A DNA stretch of 63,216 nucleotides, counting the filler, from Octopus bimaculoides (Eukaryota), in assembly GCF_001194135.2 (NCBI RefSeq). It is 9 parts of 8 records of this genome, joined end to end, with 100 filler letters (N's around TTAATTAATTAA, not from the genome) between each part and the next. Parts side by side here need not be neighbours in the genome. Positions count along the whole stretch, not along the records: positions 1 to 13,174 come from NC_068982.1; 8 more parts are not named here. One strand, written 5' to 3'. The position numbers and the translations under genes are program-made. Position 1 is the first letter of the stretch. Each line of letters opens with the position of its first letter. This document shows positions 1 through 12,262 of the stretch, one piece after another. The notes under the pieces were generated by a model. The model saw only the letters and a list, made by a program, of their open reading frames with translations. It had not been told where the DNA came from and made no database searches.

Positions 1-410
1 TGGAGAACAACAGTTAAGTCAAATAAGCAAATACAATCATTCAACAGGTGCTTGTGTAGTATACTTAAAATCAGATGGCCCGAACACATAAGCAATATGA
101 AGCTATGGCAAAGAACAAATCAAGTTCCGATTAGAGAGCAAATATTTAAGAAAAAGTGGAAGTGGATTGGTAGCACAGTTAGAAAGGACACACCAAATGC
201 AGCGAAAAGCGCTTTACAGTGGAATCCGGATGGATATAGAAAGAGGAGCAGGCCTAAGAACTTGTGGCGTAGATCAACACAAAAGGAACTAGAGAAAGTG
301 GAACATTCATGGCAGAGTATAAGTACACAAGCGAAAAAGTATGCAACATGGAATTCAATTATAAGTGGCCTATACTTCGCGTTGGAGAGTTAAAGGCAAG
401 AAGAAGAGGG
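1..410 (+). mobile_element. RTE-clade LINE, 3' end of RT ORF (begins before the window)
   Basis: Frame 1..393 reads WRTT..FNRCLCSILKIRWPEHISNMKLWQRTNQ..KKWKWIGSTVRK..ALQWNPDGYRKRSRPKNLWRR. This matches the RTE C-terminal pattern (W.WIGH.LRK, WNP.G.R.RGRP..TWRR). Short AAG tail after the stop. Confidence 0.85.
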
Positions 411-574
411 ACTCTAGAAGTCAAACTACCATAATAAACACATTTTTACCGAACACGAGGTAATGCAAGCGCGCCTCTTTCATGGATATATATATGGATA
501 AACAATTGTCTATGTACTATGCTGGATACATGGAGTGTTCGTCTGGTATGTTGATTTTTGTGTGTCTTGACCAT

Positions 575-636
575 ACGTGTACTGATGAGTAAAAGATGCA
601 GATTACTGCGTTAATTACGAAATCATGATCTACCGT
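575..636 (+). ncRNA. Type I hammerhead ribozyme motif
   Basis: Stem I acg(t)gta 575-581 / taccgt 631-636. Core CTGATGA 582-588. Stem II GTAA/TTAC extended by hairpin gatgcag-atta-ctgcgtt. GAAA 619-622. Palindromic stem III ATCATGAT. Predicted cleavage after AUC at 630. Confidence 0.8.
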
Positions 637-666
637 TAAGTTAGAAGTATTTAGGGGGTTAGCTTT

Positions 667-703
667 AGCTTTGATGACGGCTGGTAAGCCGAAACATCGA
701 AGC
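667..703 (+). ncRNA. Degenerate minimal hammerhead motif, tandem with 575-636
   Basis: gct-TTGATGA-c-GGCT ggta AGCC-GAAA-ca-TC-gaagc. Stem II and GAAA are intact; C3, the stem I register and the stem III palindrome have decayed. Confidence 0.45.
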
Positions 704-1379
704 CACTACCAATCTTTTCTTTTACAGGTTTATGTATATTTATATGTATGTAAGTGTGCTTGAGACAGAGGTGGGAGAGGGAGAGAGAGAGAAAAATACT
801 GCATATATGGGTGCCTGCCTATTTGGTTACATGTGAGTCTGTACCTGTAGATGGAGAAAGTTCATTGCACAGTTCCTTTTGAATCTAGCAGTTTTACTCT
901 CTTCAAAATGAACGGATGGACTTGTGTTCATCCATTTATTTAGTCCCGCATATGTAACTTCGTGTATCACAGCATGAGTTGGTGCTTTATCTGGTGTGTT
1001 GAATGATGAAGAGATAAATTGTTTATGCTACTTCGTTTCACGATGAACGTTCTTATCGGATGACCGGCCATGATAACATCCCTTGGTAATGTATCATAAA
1101 ACATCACAGCTTCAATATCGTCATCCTAGCTTGCTAAGCTTAAATATTAGCGCTAGCTTTTGCAGATAATTTACTCAACCCGAGAGATACATTACGTAGT
1201 CATGGAGATGACACTCGTACATGAATCTCGAGCATCATCAAATTCTCTAGCGATAGGGAAATATTTAAAATGTGAAGTGAAAAATAACCAGATTTATTGG
1301 TGATTGATTGGCAAGTTTTACTCAACTGTTAGCATCTTTTAACACTTTTAAATTGCAAATAGCATTAAACATTTGCCTG

Positions 1380-1560
1380 TTCTAGCTTCCAAACTGGATG
1401 CTTTCGGTAAGTTGCTGGGAAATGTTTGAGTATGAAGACGTCATTTGTATTTGGCTTTTGTAGATTGCTTACCCTGCTGTGGCTGTATCAAGACTATAGA
1501 AAAGATTCTATGCGGAGAATGTCTTTCATATTGGGGCGACACAATTTCTGGACTTAAAAT
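1380..1560 (-). mobile_element. Highly decayed CR1/L2-like LINE RT remnant
   Basis: Minus strand with frameshifts gives FYKLILSP..SPQYE/DILRIESF, resembling (V)RP.LEY..W.P..DI..IE.VQ. Weak match. Confidence 0.3.
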
Positions 1561-3210
1561 CAGTTTGTAGAAAACCGAAGTCCCTTCAACGATTCACACT
1601 CAAAGTAAGTTAATGACAGTAACAATTTATAGCAGTCAGAACAACAAACAGTTTAGATTACTTCGTATGCATAATATTTTTTTCTGCTGCTAGTATTTGA
1701 CATGGTTTTGACAACATATTAGCGAAAGCAAGTAATGCAGTTAGTGGCCTGTGTAAATATATATGGAACAAGCAACTTCTCAAAAACAAAACCAACGACA
1801 TAAAATTGCAACACTGACGTTTCTCTCCTATAACACTGAATTTTGTTATCACATATCATCCAGAGCACTCACGTAACTTCTTACTCTGCACCATTCTCAA
1901 ACATTCATTGGTGATACTTTACCATTAATAATAGATTTCTAGAAAAAGCTTACATAAATTGCCATTGTATTGGTAGTATACAAATCAGCTGAGTCGGTTA
2001 AATGTTTACAACGATAGCACTGTCACTACTAGGTATTGTGCTGTTTGGCACCACTTGTTTCCTAAAAATTACACGTGGCTACATGATTTTATGGCACAAC
2101 CAAATCTTCCACAAATCATACCTAACTTCTTCAAAAGGTAGGACACATTAGGTAGCATATTGCTACATAAACTTCCTTTAAATAGATAACTTGATGGTTA
2201 CAACCGAAACGTTTTGTATCAAAGATTTGATCTATCAAGGTTAATTTGATCATAGCTATGTTCCATCAAAACTATCTTTGAACCAAACAATAGCAATAGC
2301 TGGTAAGATTTCTCAAGTTGTGTAATTTCAATCCTTATCACAGCTGACAGACTCATCAGCCATCATCTACTGGCTTCAAGAACATGTATAATAAATGAAC
2401 AGCATAAAAGAACATGAACCAATAAGAAAGCCCCTGTGTTATCATTGGATCATCTAGAATGAGCAGCTAAGTCTCCTTCAAATCACACCCTACTATTTTT
2501 AAAACAAGGTGGAGAAAGAATTCCGTGATAGTTCATGTACCCCTTGGACTAGCATCAGCTTACTGTTACATAATGCTAAAGAATTTGATGGATTCCATTC
2601 TTTGTGCAGCCCAGCCAACAGCGTTGACAGAAAAGATATGGTGCGTGAGAAAATATGTTGGGTGACAGAGAACACACTGGAAATGAAAGCGGTAATAGGT
2701 ACGGTGCAGAAAAAATGGGATAAAATATGACGGATAATGAATAAATGGATATCTCACCAGAATAACGAACCCAGATGATATATTCACCAAATAAATATTG
2801 AAGAGGAAGAATGTGTGACTAAAATTGTAGCTATTGGTAGCATAGAAGATAGCTAAGCAAAGAAGATTGTCGTAGAAAATGTGGTGGAAAATGGAGCGAG
2901 CCATGTTGCGTTCCGCCTGAGAGTACTGCACAATGTATTCCGATTTCCGAACAAAATTACACGGAGGAGTAAAATCACTAATGTAATCGATGCGGAAGTT
3001 ATGCATCGTTGAGGCATTCTCTCCCAGCAAATAAGTTAACCCTGCTATAGTATACCTAGCTGAATACTCTACTGGGTCCAAGGTTTGTTAGTTGTTTGAT
3101 GTGTTGACTTTTTAAGCATTTGACATCGGTGGGAAAAAAAAGTGATACTCTTCATGCGAGTCGAAAACGATGTATTCCCCAATTGACAGCTCAATATCAC
3201 ACAGGGCATT

Positions 3211-3226
3211 ACACACACACACACAC

Positions 3227-3275
<49 letters not shown>

Positions 3276-3315
3276 CGTGCGTGCGTATGTATGTATGTAT
3301 ATATATGTATATATA
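3211..3315. repeat. Compound microsatellite (AC)n-AT-(GT)n-(GCGT)n-(TATG)n
   Basis: Read directly from sequence. Confidence 0.95.
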
Positions 3316-3527
3316 AGTTGACGAGGTGAGTTGAGCTTAACCCTAGGGGCGTAAGGTCCAATAGCGACAATTGAGATGCTATGCATCAGAATCAAAATCA
3401 CGTGATATGGGTATATTTGTTTCTTCAGTAGGGAGCTTTGTCTCACTACAGTAGGGATCTCAGTTTCCATCGCCAACTTATTAAGCTAGTGCTTTTTGTG
3501 ATAGATTAATGATAGATTAATGATAGA

Positions 3528-3528
3528 T

Positions 3529-3606
<78 letters not shown>
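3528..3606. repeat. (GATA)n microsatellite
   Basis: Read directly from sequence. Confidence 0.97.
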
Positions 3607-3937
3607 TTCATCATGACTATTTTGAACACTTCCGTGGAATCAAATGTGATAAGCATATTTGTATTTATATTTTTTCTTTTCATATATATACACACGCACA
3701 TTTGCACACACGCATACATGCATGCGCACATGCATAATGTGCGTATGTATANNNNNNNNNNNNNNNNNNNNNNNNNNNNNNNNNNNNNNNNNNNNNNNNN
3801 NNNNNNNNNNNNNNNNNNNNNNNNNNNNNNNNNNNNNNNNNNNNNNNNNNNNNNNNNNNNNNNNNNNNNNNNNNNNNNNNNNNNNNNNNNNNNNNNNNNN
3901 NNNNNNNNNNNNNNNNNNNNNNNNNNNNNNNNNNNNN

Positions 3938-3998
<61 letters not shown>

Positions 3999-4514
3999 CA
4001 TGTATGTATGTATGTATTATGTATGTATGTATGTATTATGGATATGTGCGCCTGTATATAGAGACAGAGTTGCTGATCGTCATCTGTCAGACAACCAATA
4101 AATAGATTCGTTTAATATTTACTCAGTTTACGTATGCATTGTTAGGGTTACTTTAACAATCAATTCTGCATTCTGTACTAATACCTTATCGAAATCGATA
4201 TCGGTTTCCAATGTAAAATTAACTGAAATAATCACCAAGTTCGATCTCACAAGGGGTTTTTCTAATGACTTTAGTTTCCTTAGATACATGCAATTACCAG
4301 CCTACATGTGTTTATGTTGTCTATTTTAAGCTGCTAACGTGTTCGGATAAATAGGTCTATGCGTAGATATATTCTTACTGTAGAATTTGTGAGAGTTGAT
4401 AGTTTTGTTGTTATTTAAGCTCAATGTTTGATTTTGTTGCTGATATTGTTGCAGTTGCTTAACCCGTTGATCAAAAAATTACACCACATGTAACCATCTC
4501 ATCATTATTTAATA

Positions 4515-4989
4515 CGTTACTCTTTTACTCTTTTACTTGTTTCAGTCATTTTGACTGCGGCCATGCTGGAGCACCGCCTTTAGTCGAGCAAATCGATCCC
4601 AGGACTTATTCTTTGGATGCCTAGTACTTATTCTATCGGTCTCTTTTGCCGAACCGCTAGGTTACGGGGACCTAAACACACCAGCATCGGTTGTCAAGCG
4701 ATGTTGGGGGAACANNNNNNNNNNNNNNNNNNNNNNNNNNNNNNNNNNNNNNNNNNNNNNNNNNNNNNNNNNNNNNNNNNNNNNNNNNNNNNNNNNNNNN
4801 NNNNNNNNNNNNNNNNNNNNNNNNNNNNNNNNNNNNNNNNNNNNNNNNNNNNNNNNNNNNNNNNNNNNNNNNNNNNNNNNNNNNNNNNNNNNNNNNNNNN
4901 NNNNNNNNNNNNNNNNNNNNNNNNNNNNNNNNNNNNNNNNNNNNNNNNNNNNNNNNNNNNNNNNNNNNNNNNNNNNNNNNNNNNNNNAT

Positions 4990-5022
<33 letters not shown>

Positions 5023-5187
5023 CGACGGGCTTCTTTCAGTTTCCGTCTACCAAATCCACTCGCAAGGCTTTGGTCGGCCCGAAGCTATAGTAGAAGACAC
5101 TTGCCCAAGGTGCCACGCAGTGGGACTGAACCCGGAACCATGTGGTTGGTAAGCAAGCTACTTACCACACAGCCATTCCTGCGCCTA
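4515..5187 (-). mobile_element. tRNA-derived SINE family B, near full length, with internal microsatellite/gap
   Basis: Minus strand: A box TGGCTGTGTGGT, B box GGTTCAGTCC, CORE-like CACCTTGGGCAAGTGTC, then (TA)n/N-gap, then tail ending gcggtgctccagcatggccgcagtcaaaatgactgaaacaagtaaaagag. The same parts recur at 6262, 44051, 60110 and 62943. Confidence 0.9.
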
Positions 5188-5198
5188 TAAAGTGTGGG

Positions 5199-5318
5199 AT
5201 GCTTACAGCACCTAGGTTTCCCAAGCGGTCACCCATCTAAGTACTCACTAGGCTCGACGTTGCTTAACTTCAGTGATCGGACGAGAACCGGTGCTCTCAG
5301 CCTGATATGGCCGTAAGA
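5199..5318 (-). rRNA. 5S rRNA copy, probably a dispersed pseudogene
   Basis: Reverse complement cttacggccatatcaggctgagagcaccggttctcgtccgatcactgaagttaagcaacgtcgagcctagtgagtacttagatgggtgaccgcttgggaaacctaggtgctgtaagca, about 120 nt. Helix I pairs and A/C-box-like segments are present. First base is T and only TTT follows, so no strong Pol III terminator. Confidence 0.9.
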
Positions 5319-5684
5319 AAATATTACTGTTATTTCATGTAGGACAAACAACTACGTAGTAACTCACTCATGGGTTTGTTGGAACTGAAGTAATAGTTAG
5401 TAATGGTGGTTAAAGTTGTTGTCATTTAAGCCACGATTAACCCTGATCGAGCATGCTTCTGATCAAATGTATTGCTGCTGTGAACTTCCCCTCTTGTTAT
5501 ATATCATGACATACATAGTCTAATCTATTGTAGATTATTTAGGAGATAAAATTATAAAATCGGCATAAATAACCTAAGCTGGATATGCATCAGCGCAATA
5601 ATTGTATATCTAGGAAGAAAAACAAGGCAATATAACAAAAATAACGAACAGTACAAAGACAATGTGTGGGGGGCGTGTGTGTGC

Positions 5685-5734
<50 letters not shown>

Positions 5735-6213
5735 GTGTGCGTGTTTGTGTGTAAATGCACTGTGAAAAATAGGAACATAAGAAAAATCGACGTTTCGGAC
5801 AGTTACCTTTTGCCAAAATAGGAAAAGAAAAATGAAACACTGGAAGGAAAATACAAGATTGAGTCATAAATAAAGCATAATGGAACGCAAGCAAGATTTG
5901 ATCAAGGTATAGGTGTTTTTCAGTAAAGAAGAGCGAGTGTGTAGTTGAAAGAAATAAGCGTAATGAGCGTGAATGAGTGCTACAAAATAGAAGCGTTTGA
6001 CAGTGAATAAGGAGTCGAGTATGGGCAAGGTTGTGAGCAAATATATGTACTCGTACAATAGTGGGAGATAAATATGTGATAGTTTAATCGAGAGTTTAAA
6101 TAGGAAAGTAGATGATGTACTATGTGTTTTCCTCGAATACATTTTCTCCAAATAGCCCATAGACAAACACAAACACACTCACACACACTCACAAACACAC
6201 ACTCACACACACA

Positions 6214-6251
<38 letters not shown>

Positions 6252-6261
6252 TTTTCTTTTA

Positions 6262-6751
6262 TTTTCTTTTTATTCTTTCAGTCATTTCGACTGCGGCCAT
6301 GCTGGAGCACCGCTTTTAATCGAACAAATCGACCCCAGAACNNNNNNNNNNNNNNNNNNNNNNNNNNNNNNNNNNNNNNNNNNNNNNNNNNNNNNNNNNN
6401 NNNNNNNNNNNNNNNNNNNNNNNNNNNNNNNNNNNNNNNNNNNNNNNNNNNNNNNNNNNNNNNNNNNNNNNNNNNNNNNNNNNNNNNNNNNNNNNNNNNN
6501 NNNNNNNNNNNNNNNNNNNNNNNNNNNNNNNNNNNNNNNNNNNNNNNNNNNNNNNNNNNNNNNNNNNNNNNNNNNNNNNNNNNNNNNNNNNNNNNNNNNN
6601 NNNNNNNNNNNNNNNNNNNNNNNNNNNNNNNNNNNNNNNNNNNNNNNNNNNNNNNNNNNNNNNNNNNNNNNNNNNNNGGTGCCACACAGTGGGACTGAAC
6701 CCGAAACCATGTGGTTGGTAGGCAAGCTACTTACCACACAGACACTCATGC
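6262..6751 (-). mobile_element. SINE family B (centre in N gap)
   Basis: Tail 6262-6341 and head 6679-6751 match 4515-5187. Confidence 0.85.
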
Positions 6752-6800
6752 TGCTACACCGCAATGCATCATCAAATAGACTTTATTCTATTTGCATATA

Positions 6801-7660
6801 CGAGATGGTATCAAAAGGGTCCCGGACTAGTTCTGTAGCACGCCAACAGATGGCAGTACACGCTTGCAGGAGTAGTGAGAGCTATCAGTGACTTTCATGA
6901 AGCTGTTTGCAGAGTGACATCACTGTGTTCACTTCGCAAGTTGTGAAATTTGTGTTTGTGATCACATGTATGCTGTAGTCTACGATTTTGTCATGGACAG
7001 GAAGTTGGAACAAAGAATCAACGTGAAATTTTGCGTTAAACTTGGGATGTTTGCTACAGAGACATTGAGCATGCTTCGGCAAGATTGCGGTGATGCTGCA
7101 ACGGGTCACATGCAATGTTTCGAGTTTCATGGGCGCTTCAAAAGCGGCAGAGCGTCTCTGGAAGACGATGAGCGATCTGGAAGACCAGCCACGCGCGTCA
7201 TCCCAGAAATGTGGAAAGAATTCATCAGCTTGTCGAGGACAATCAACGACATTGCTGATGTTGTTGGTCTGTCGTATGGGTCCATGCAGGCAATCCTAAC
7301 GTCTGGATTTTTCCCGACGACAATGCACCCTGTCCCCAAGCTCATGAGTTTCTCGCCAACAAACATCATGGTATCGCTTCCGCACCTGCTCTATTCGCCA
7401 GATTTAACCCCTGCGAACTTCCATCTCTTACCCAAGAGGAAAAAGCAGCTCATAGGTTGCTGTTTTAACACCGTTGTCGAGATCAAGAGCGAATCACAGA
7501 AGACCTTCGTCTCGCTTACGGATTCCAAAAGTAGCAGGAACGCTGGGACCGGTGTATTGCTGCGCAAGGCGACTTCGAAGGAGATGAATATAAAACTTAG
7601 GTAAATAAGTTGCTTTTTTATTAAACATAACTAGTCCGGAAACTCTTTGTTATCACCTCG
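6801..7660 (+). mobile_element. Internally deleted mariner element
   Basis: TA flanks at 6799-6800 and 7661-7662. TIRs cgagatggtatcaaaagggtcccggactagtt / aactagtccggaaactctttgttatcacctcg. ORF 6966-7604 has an HTH N-terminus (EQRINVKFCVKLG..RFKSGRASLEDDERSGRP) and YSPDLTPANF, but lacks the first catalytic Asp block. Confidence 0.92.
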
Positions 7661-9429
7661 TAAGTCACAGACCAGCGATTCACTTCGTTTCGAGATGATC
7701 CGAGTACATGGTATTGATAAACCATTGAAATGGCGAAATATCGGTATTTACCATTCTCGGCATCCGAGAATGGTCTGTGACAATTCGATGTTCTTTAACA
7801 CTCGGCGTCGTGTAGGGATCTTCCCTGGAAGCTATCCGGCAGCAAACATAGCGTATAGATAAAACACATACACTATGTATGTGCAACAGATAATGTTTAC
7901 ATTACTAGAGCTGCTTTTAATTAGTAATTTAATACACACACTCACACACTCACACACACACACACACACACACACACANNNNNNNNNNNNNNNNNNNNNN
8001 NNNNNNNNNNNNNNNNNNNNNNNNNNNNNNNNNNNNNNNNNNNNNNNNNNNNNNNNNNNNNNNNNNNNNNNNNNNNNNNNNNNNNNNNNNNNNNNNNNNN
8101 NNNNNNNNNNNNNNNNNNNNNNNNNNNNNNNNNNNNNNNNNNNNNNNNNTATATATATATATATATATATATGCATATATACATACATACATGTACATAC
8201 TTACATATATGTGTATATACACATGCATATATGGGTACAGGACGTCAAAAAAACGTGGACAACATGAAAGAGGAGAACATGAAGAAGAAAAACATGGAAA
8301 ACGAACTTCTTTTCGAACAACGAAAGAAACAAATTGAGAAACGAGACAGGCAACATAAAGAACAATCCCTTCATCAGTTGTCTCCTGTTTTATCTACTCC
8401 GCATTTGGAACGTTTAGGACAAGATGCGTCTTCGTTAAAATAGTCGTTCCCGCAATATAAATTAAATAAAATTTGGGATTTGCGGAGGGTTAAAGTGGTA
8501 ACAAAAGCAGGACAGTAAAAACAAAACAGTAAAAACAAACGGTAAGGGCTGTTAAGCCATTACGAGGTGAGGTGGTGAACACTGGAGAAACAAGCTTTGA
8601 CAGGATACAGGCAAAAATGTGTGTTATCTCTTGTAGCGTAAGGAGATGTGTATGTATATAAATGTTTATATACATATATATATACTTACATATATATATA
8701 CTTACATATATATATACATTGTGTGTGCGCGTGTGTATGTGTGTGAGTGTGTGTCTGTATGTCTCCGTATTTATATATGTTGTGTGAATATACATTTGCA
8801 TATACATATACATATATACATATATATACATATATGTGAGAGTGTTTGTGTACGCGCGCGCATATGAGTATATCGTGTCGATACGATGTTGCTGGCTGTA
8901 TAACCAGGTCTACCTGGCGTAATGGTCTCCCTTTCTCGTCACCCGTTCTTCGTCTCGTCAACCAGACACACCAATTACAGACAACACATACATACACAGA
9001 TTATCTACTACACCTAATCCTTCCTTCCTTCCTCGAATACAACCTTCTGGAATTTGCTACTCGTCCAAGTTTTTAGCAACAACATCAAATTTTCGAACTC
9101 ATCAGCTATTGTATAAACATTACAAACCCCGTGGGCAAAACCCATCGATGTTTAGATGCACAGACCTCACTCCATCTTTCACTAAACCGTAAAAGCCAAT
9201 ACGGGATTCTGAAGGAGTTTGTTTCGCATGCAATATATAGCAGCCAAATCACTCTTATATCACAATATCCTCTATTAATAAAGGAATGACACACTGAATA
9301 AAAATATTCTTGATAGACTAAGGTTGAATAACAGTCAGGAGTGTCACGGCTGAAAGGCTTTTATTCAATGTTGATTTGTTTGTTTTTTTCTGACCTGGAG
9401 TTAAGCCATACCATAAGTTTATCATGAAC

Positions 9430-9478
<49 letters not shown>
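9430..9478. repeat. (TAG)n microsatellite
   Basis: Read directly from sequence. Confidence 0.97.
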
Positions 9479-10020
9479 ATTGTTCGTTTGTTTTTTTGTA
9501 TTGATGTGCTGGAAGCAAGTTCTCCAAATATGCGTTGTTTCTATTGTTACTATTGTTTACTACCGCGTCAGCCTTCGTTCAAGCAATATTGTGATCCAAG
9601 ACAATCATTTGTGACGTTCCCGTCATATTTTCAGGTACAGAGCATCTAAGAGTGCATTATGAAATGCATCCTTCCTTTGAAGTTATCGAGAATGCTTTGT
9701 GAATTTGCTTTTTCTAGCAAGTTGCATGACTGCATACAGTGGTACTGTCGTCTCAGTTACTCAGCTTATAATTGATCTAAATATAATTGCATGTTACACA
9801 ACTGGTAATTGTATTTAATTATATAAATATAATTGGATATATAAAACTGCTAATTATATCTAATAGCAATCGCCTCACGTTCCTGCTACCTAGAAATAAT
9901 TGATCTTTCTGATTTAGACACAGCTGTGTCTCGCAGAAAAAATATTCGTTCTACAAAATACTTGCGGCTTAGTGAACATAGATAATCTAATAACTCTGAA
10001 CATTTTGTTTACGTTTGGAG

Positions 10021-10049
10021 ATTATTACTATTATTATTATTATTATTAA

Positions 10050-10113
<64 letters not shown>

Positions 10114-10124
10114 GTTATTATTAT
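10021..10124. repeat. (ATT)n microsatellite abutting the LINE 3' end
   Basis: Read directly from sequence. Confidence 0.97.
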
Positions 10125-11084
10125 TCTGTAGTCTTATTTTTATCACGTGCTTTCACTGCACTACCGAACGCAGCTCTGTGTGCCTTGGGTATGTGCTGTG
10201 GTTTGTTGTGGTGCTCTTATTTTTACTATATTGAAAGTGCTTTACGTAGGATATGTGCGGTGCCTAGTAGTGCTATTTTCTGTATGTTATATATAACTGT
10301 ATGTCCTAGTGCTTTTGTTATGTATTAGTCTGAGTGTCTTTTTTCTTTTTATCATACCTAATGCGCCTACTATGATAGGAATTGTTTCTGTTTTTAGGCT
10401 CTGCAAATTCGAGTTATCTCTATTTCCAGATCTTTGCACTTTGAAAGTTCTCCGTTTCTTTTACAGAAGCATTGTCATCTGTTAGTATCGATACATCGAT
10501 TAAAAAGCATTTTTTTTTGTGATCTCTGACTATATTCAGCCTATTGGCCTTAATTTTCCTATTTGTGTGTATTGGCATATCCCAGAGTATGGTTGCTTTC
10601 TCATTTTCTGTGACCTTTTCGGGTGTGTGCCTATACCATCATTTTTCTGTTGTTATTCCATAGTGTTGGCATGACTTCCAATGTATATAGATCCCAAATC
10701 TGTTGTGTCTATGAATATATTCCTTCTTAGCCAGGACTGGGCAGCCAAAGACAATATGATTTATTGTTTCTTCTCCATCTCCACATATTCTGCAGATAGT
10801 TGTATTTTTTTCATTACGTTTTTGGCGATTTCTGGTGGGAAGGCTTTGATGCTGTGCTGCAACTAAAAATCCTTCGGCCATTATTGGGATTTTGCTTTGT
10901 CTATTTCTTTTCTGTTTAGTTTAACCCAATATTTGCCACGAAGGGGCTTTTCTTGCCATCGTTTTTTCATGATTCGTTGCTGTTCCAGTTTTAGTTTGGA
11001 TTTCAGTTGTTTTACAGCTTTTGTTATTTCTTCAGTTTCTTCATAGTTGTTAGGTACTATGACTTTTTGTATTTGTCTGTTTCC
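10125..11084 (-). mobile_element. R4/Dong-like RLE LINE, 3' remnant
   Basis: Minus strand: EGFLVAAQHQSLPTR, CCHC finger CRICGDGEETINHIVFGC, HTPEKVTENEKATILWDMPIHT..KANR, LIDVS (restriction-like nuclease), and C-terminal KIALLGTAHILRKALSI* (stop 10226-10228). The 3' UTR runs into (AAT)n. Confidence 0.88.
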
Positions 11085-11277
11085 AAGCGGTGAGCTGGCA
11101 GAATCGTTAGCACTCTAGGCAAAATGCTTAGCAGCATCTCATCTGTCTGCACATTCTGGGTTCAAATTTCGTCGAGGTCGACTTTGCCACTACATCCTTT
11201 CGGGGATGGATAAATTAAGTACCAGTTGAACACACTCTCCCCAAAATTTTTCGACTTGCGCCAAAATTTGAAACCAT
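11085..11277 (+). mobile_element. tRNA-derived SINE family A
   Basis: A box TGGCAGAATCGTT, B box GGTTCAAATT, core gaggtcgactttgcc..catcctttcgggg..ataaattaagtaccag. Confidence 0.85.
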
Positions 11278-11286
11278 TATTATTAT

Positions 11287-11460
11287 TAAAGGTGGCGTGC
11301 TGGCAGAATCGTTTGCACGCCGGCCAAAATGCTTAACGGCATTTCGTAGTCCTTATGTTCTGAGTTCAAATTCCACCGAGGTCGACTTTGCCTTTCATTC
11401 TTTCGGGGCAGATAAATTAAATACCAATGAAACATTGGGGTCGATCTAATTGAATTGCAT
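11287..11460 (+). mobile_element. SINE family A, tandem with the previous copy
   Basis: Same head and core, preceded by (ATT)n. Confidence 0.85.
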
Positions 11461-11854
11461 TCTAATTCATCTTCTGACCGGGTCTGAACCAGAGACCTAA
11501 AGCATGCATATATTAGATGGAGAAAAACTTCCTGAGAACGTTGACAGTCGATGTCAACACAATTTTTGAGTTTCATAGATTGTTGGTTTCCCAGGGATCT
11601 GGTCAAAAAATTTGTCACTGCCTTTCTTGATAATTCCTCTTGATGTAATGGAAGTTAACGACGCCATCAGATATATCTACTTGTTTTTTTTTTCTTATAT
11701 TTCTTGACTAGATGGGCGTTTTATGAAGGTAAAATATTGCCTTTACGGGGCAAAAACAACCACAGGATACCAGCCAAAAGTTTTTTGGCGTTCTTATGTA
11801 CAAATATGAACATAAATTTAGCACATAAGACGATATCAAAGAGGTGCAAACAAC

Positions 11855-11935
11855 AACTAAAACCGAACGTAAGGACAGACAAAATACCGCCAAGCATTTC
11901 GCCAGGCGTGCTAGCGATTATGCGAGCTCACCGCG
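11855..11935 (-). mobile_element. SINE family A head fragment
   Basis: aaataccgccaagcatttcgccaggcgtgctagcgattatgcgagctcaccgc is the reverse complement of the head. Confidence 0.7.
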
Positions 11936-11937
11936 TT

Positions 11938-12262
11938 CAGTCCTGACTAAGAAGGTATATATTTACAGACACAACAGTGTCGGGACCTATGAATACTGGA
12001 AGTTACGTCAACACTATGGAATAATAACAGAAAAAAGCTGGTATAGGCACACGCCCGAAAAGGTCACAGAAAATGAAAAAGTAATCATACTCTGAGATAT
12101 GCCAATACACACAGAGAGGGAAATTAAGGCCAATAGGCCGGATATAGTTGCCAGAGATCACCAAGAAAAAAATACTTTCTTATCGATGTATCAATACCAA
12201 CATATGATAATGTTTCTCTAAAAGAATCGGAGAAACTTTTAAAATACAAAGGTCTGGAAATA
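11938..12262 (+). mobile_element. R4/Dong-like LINE fragment (same family as 10125-11084, opposite strand)
   Basis: VLTKKVYIYRHN..HTPEKVTENEKVIIL*DMPIHTEREIKANRPDIV..LIDVSIPTYDNVSLKESEKLLKYKGLEI. Confidence 0.85.

Noticed and set aside
2310-2360. Minus-strand CTGATGAG..GAAA with an internal hairpin
   Set aside because: Stem II is out of register at the core and there is no stem I or III.
2509-3081. Overlapping 73-aa and 171-aa ORFs in unique sequence
   Set aside because: No recognisable domain or splice context.
9090-9105. Minus-strand CTGATGAGTTCGAAA hammerhead core
   Set aside because: Stem II would be one base pair with a 2-nt loop, and stems I and III do not form.
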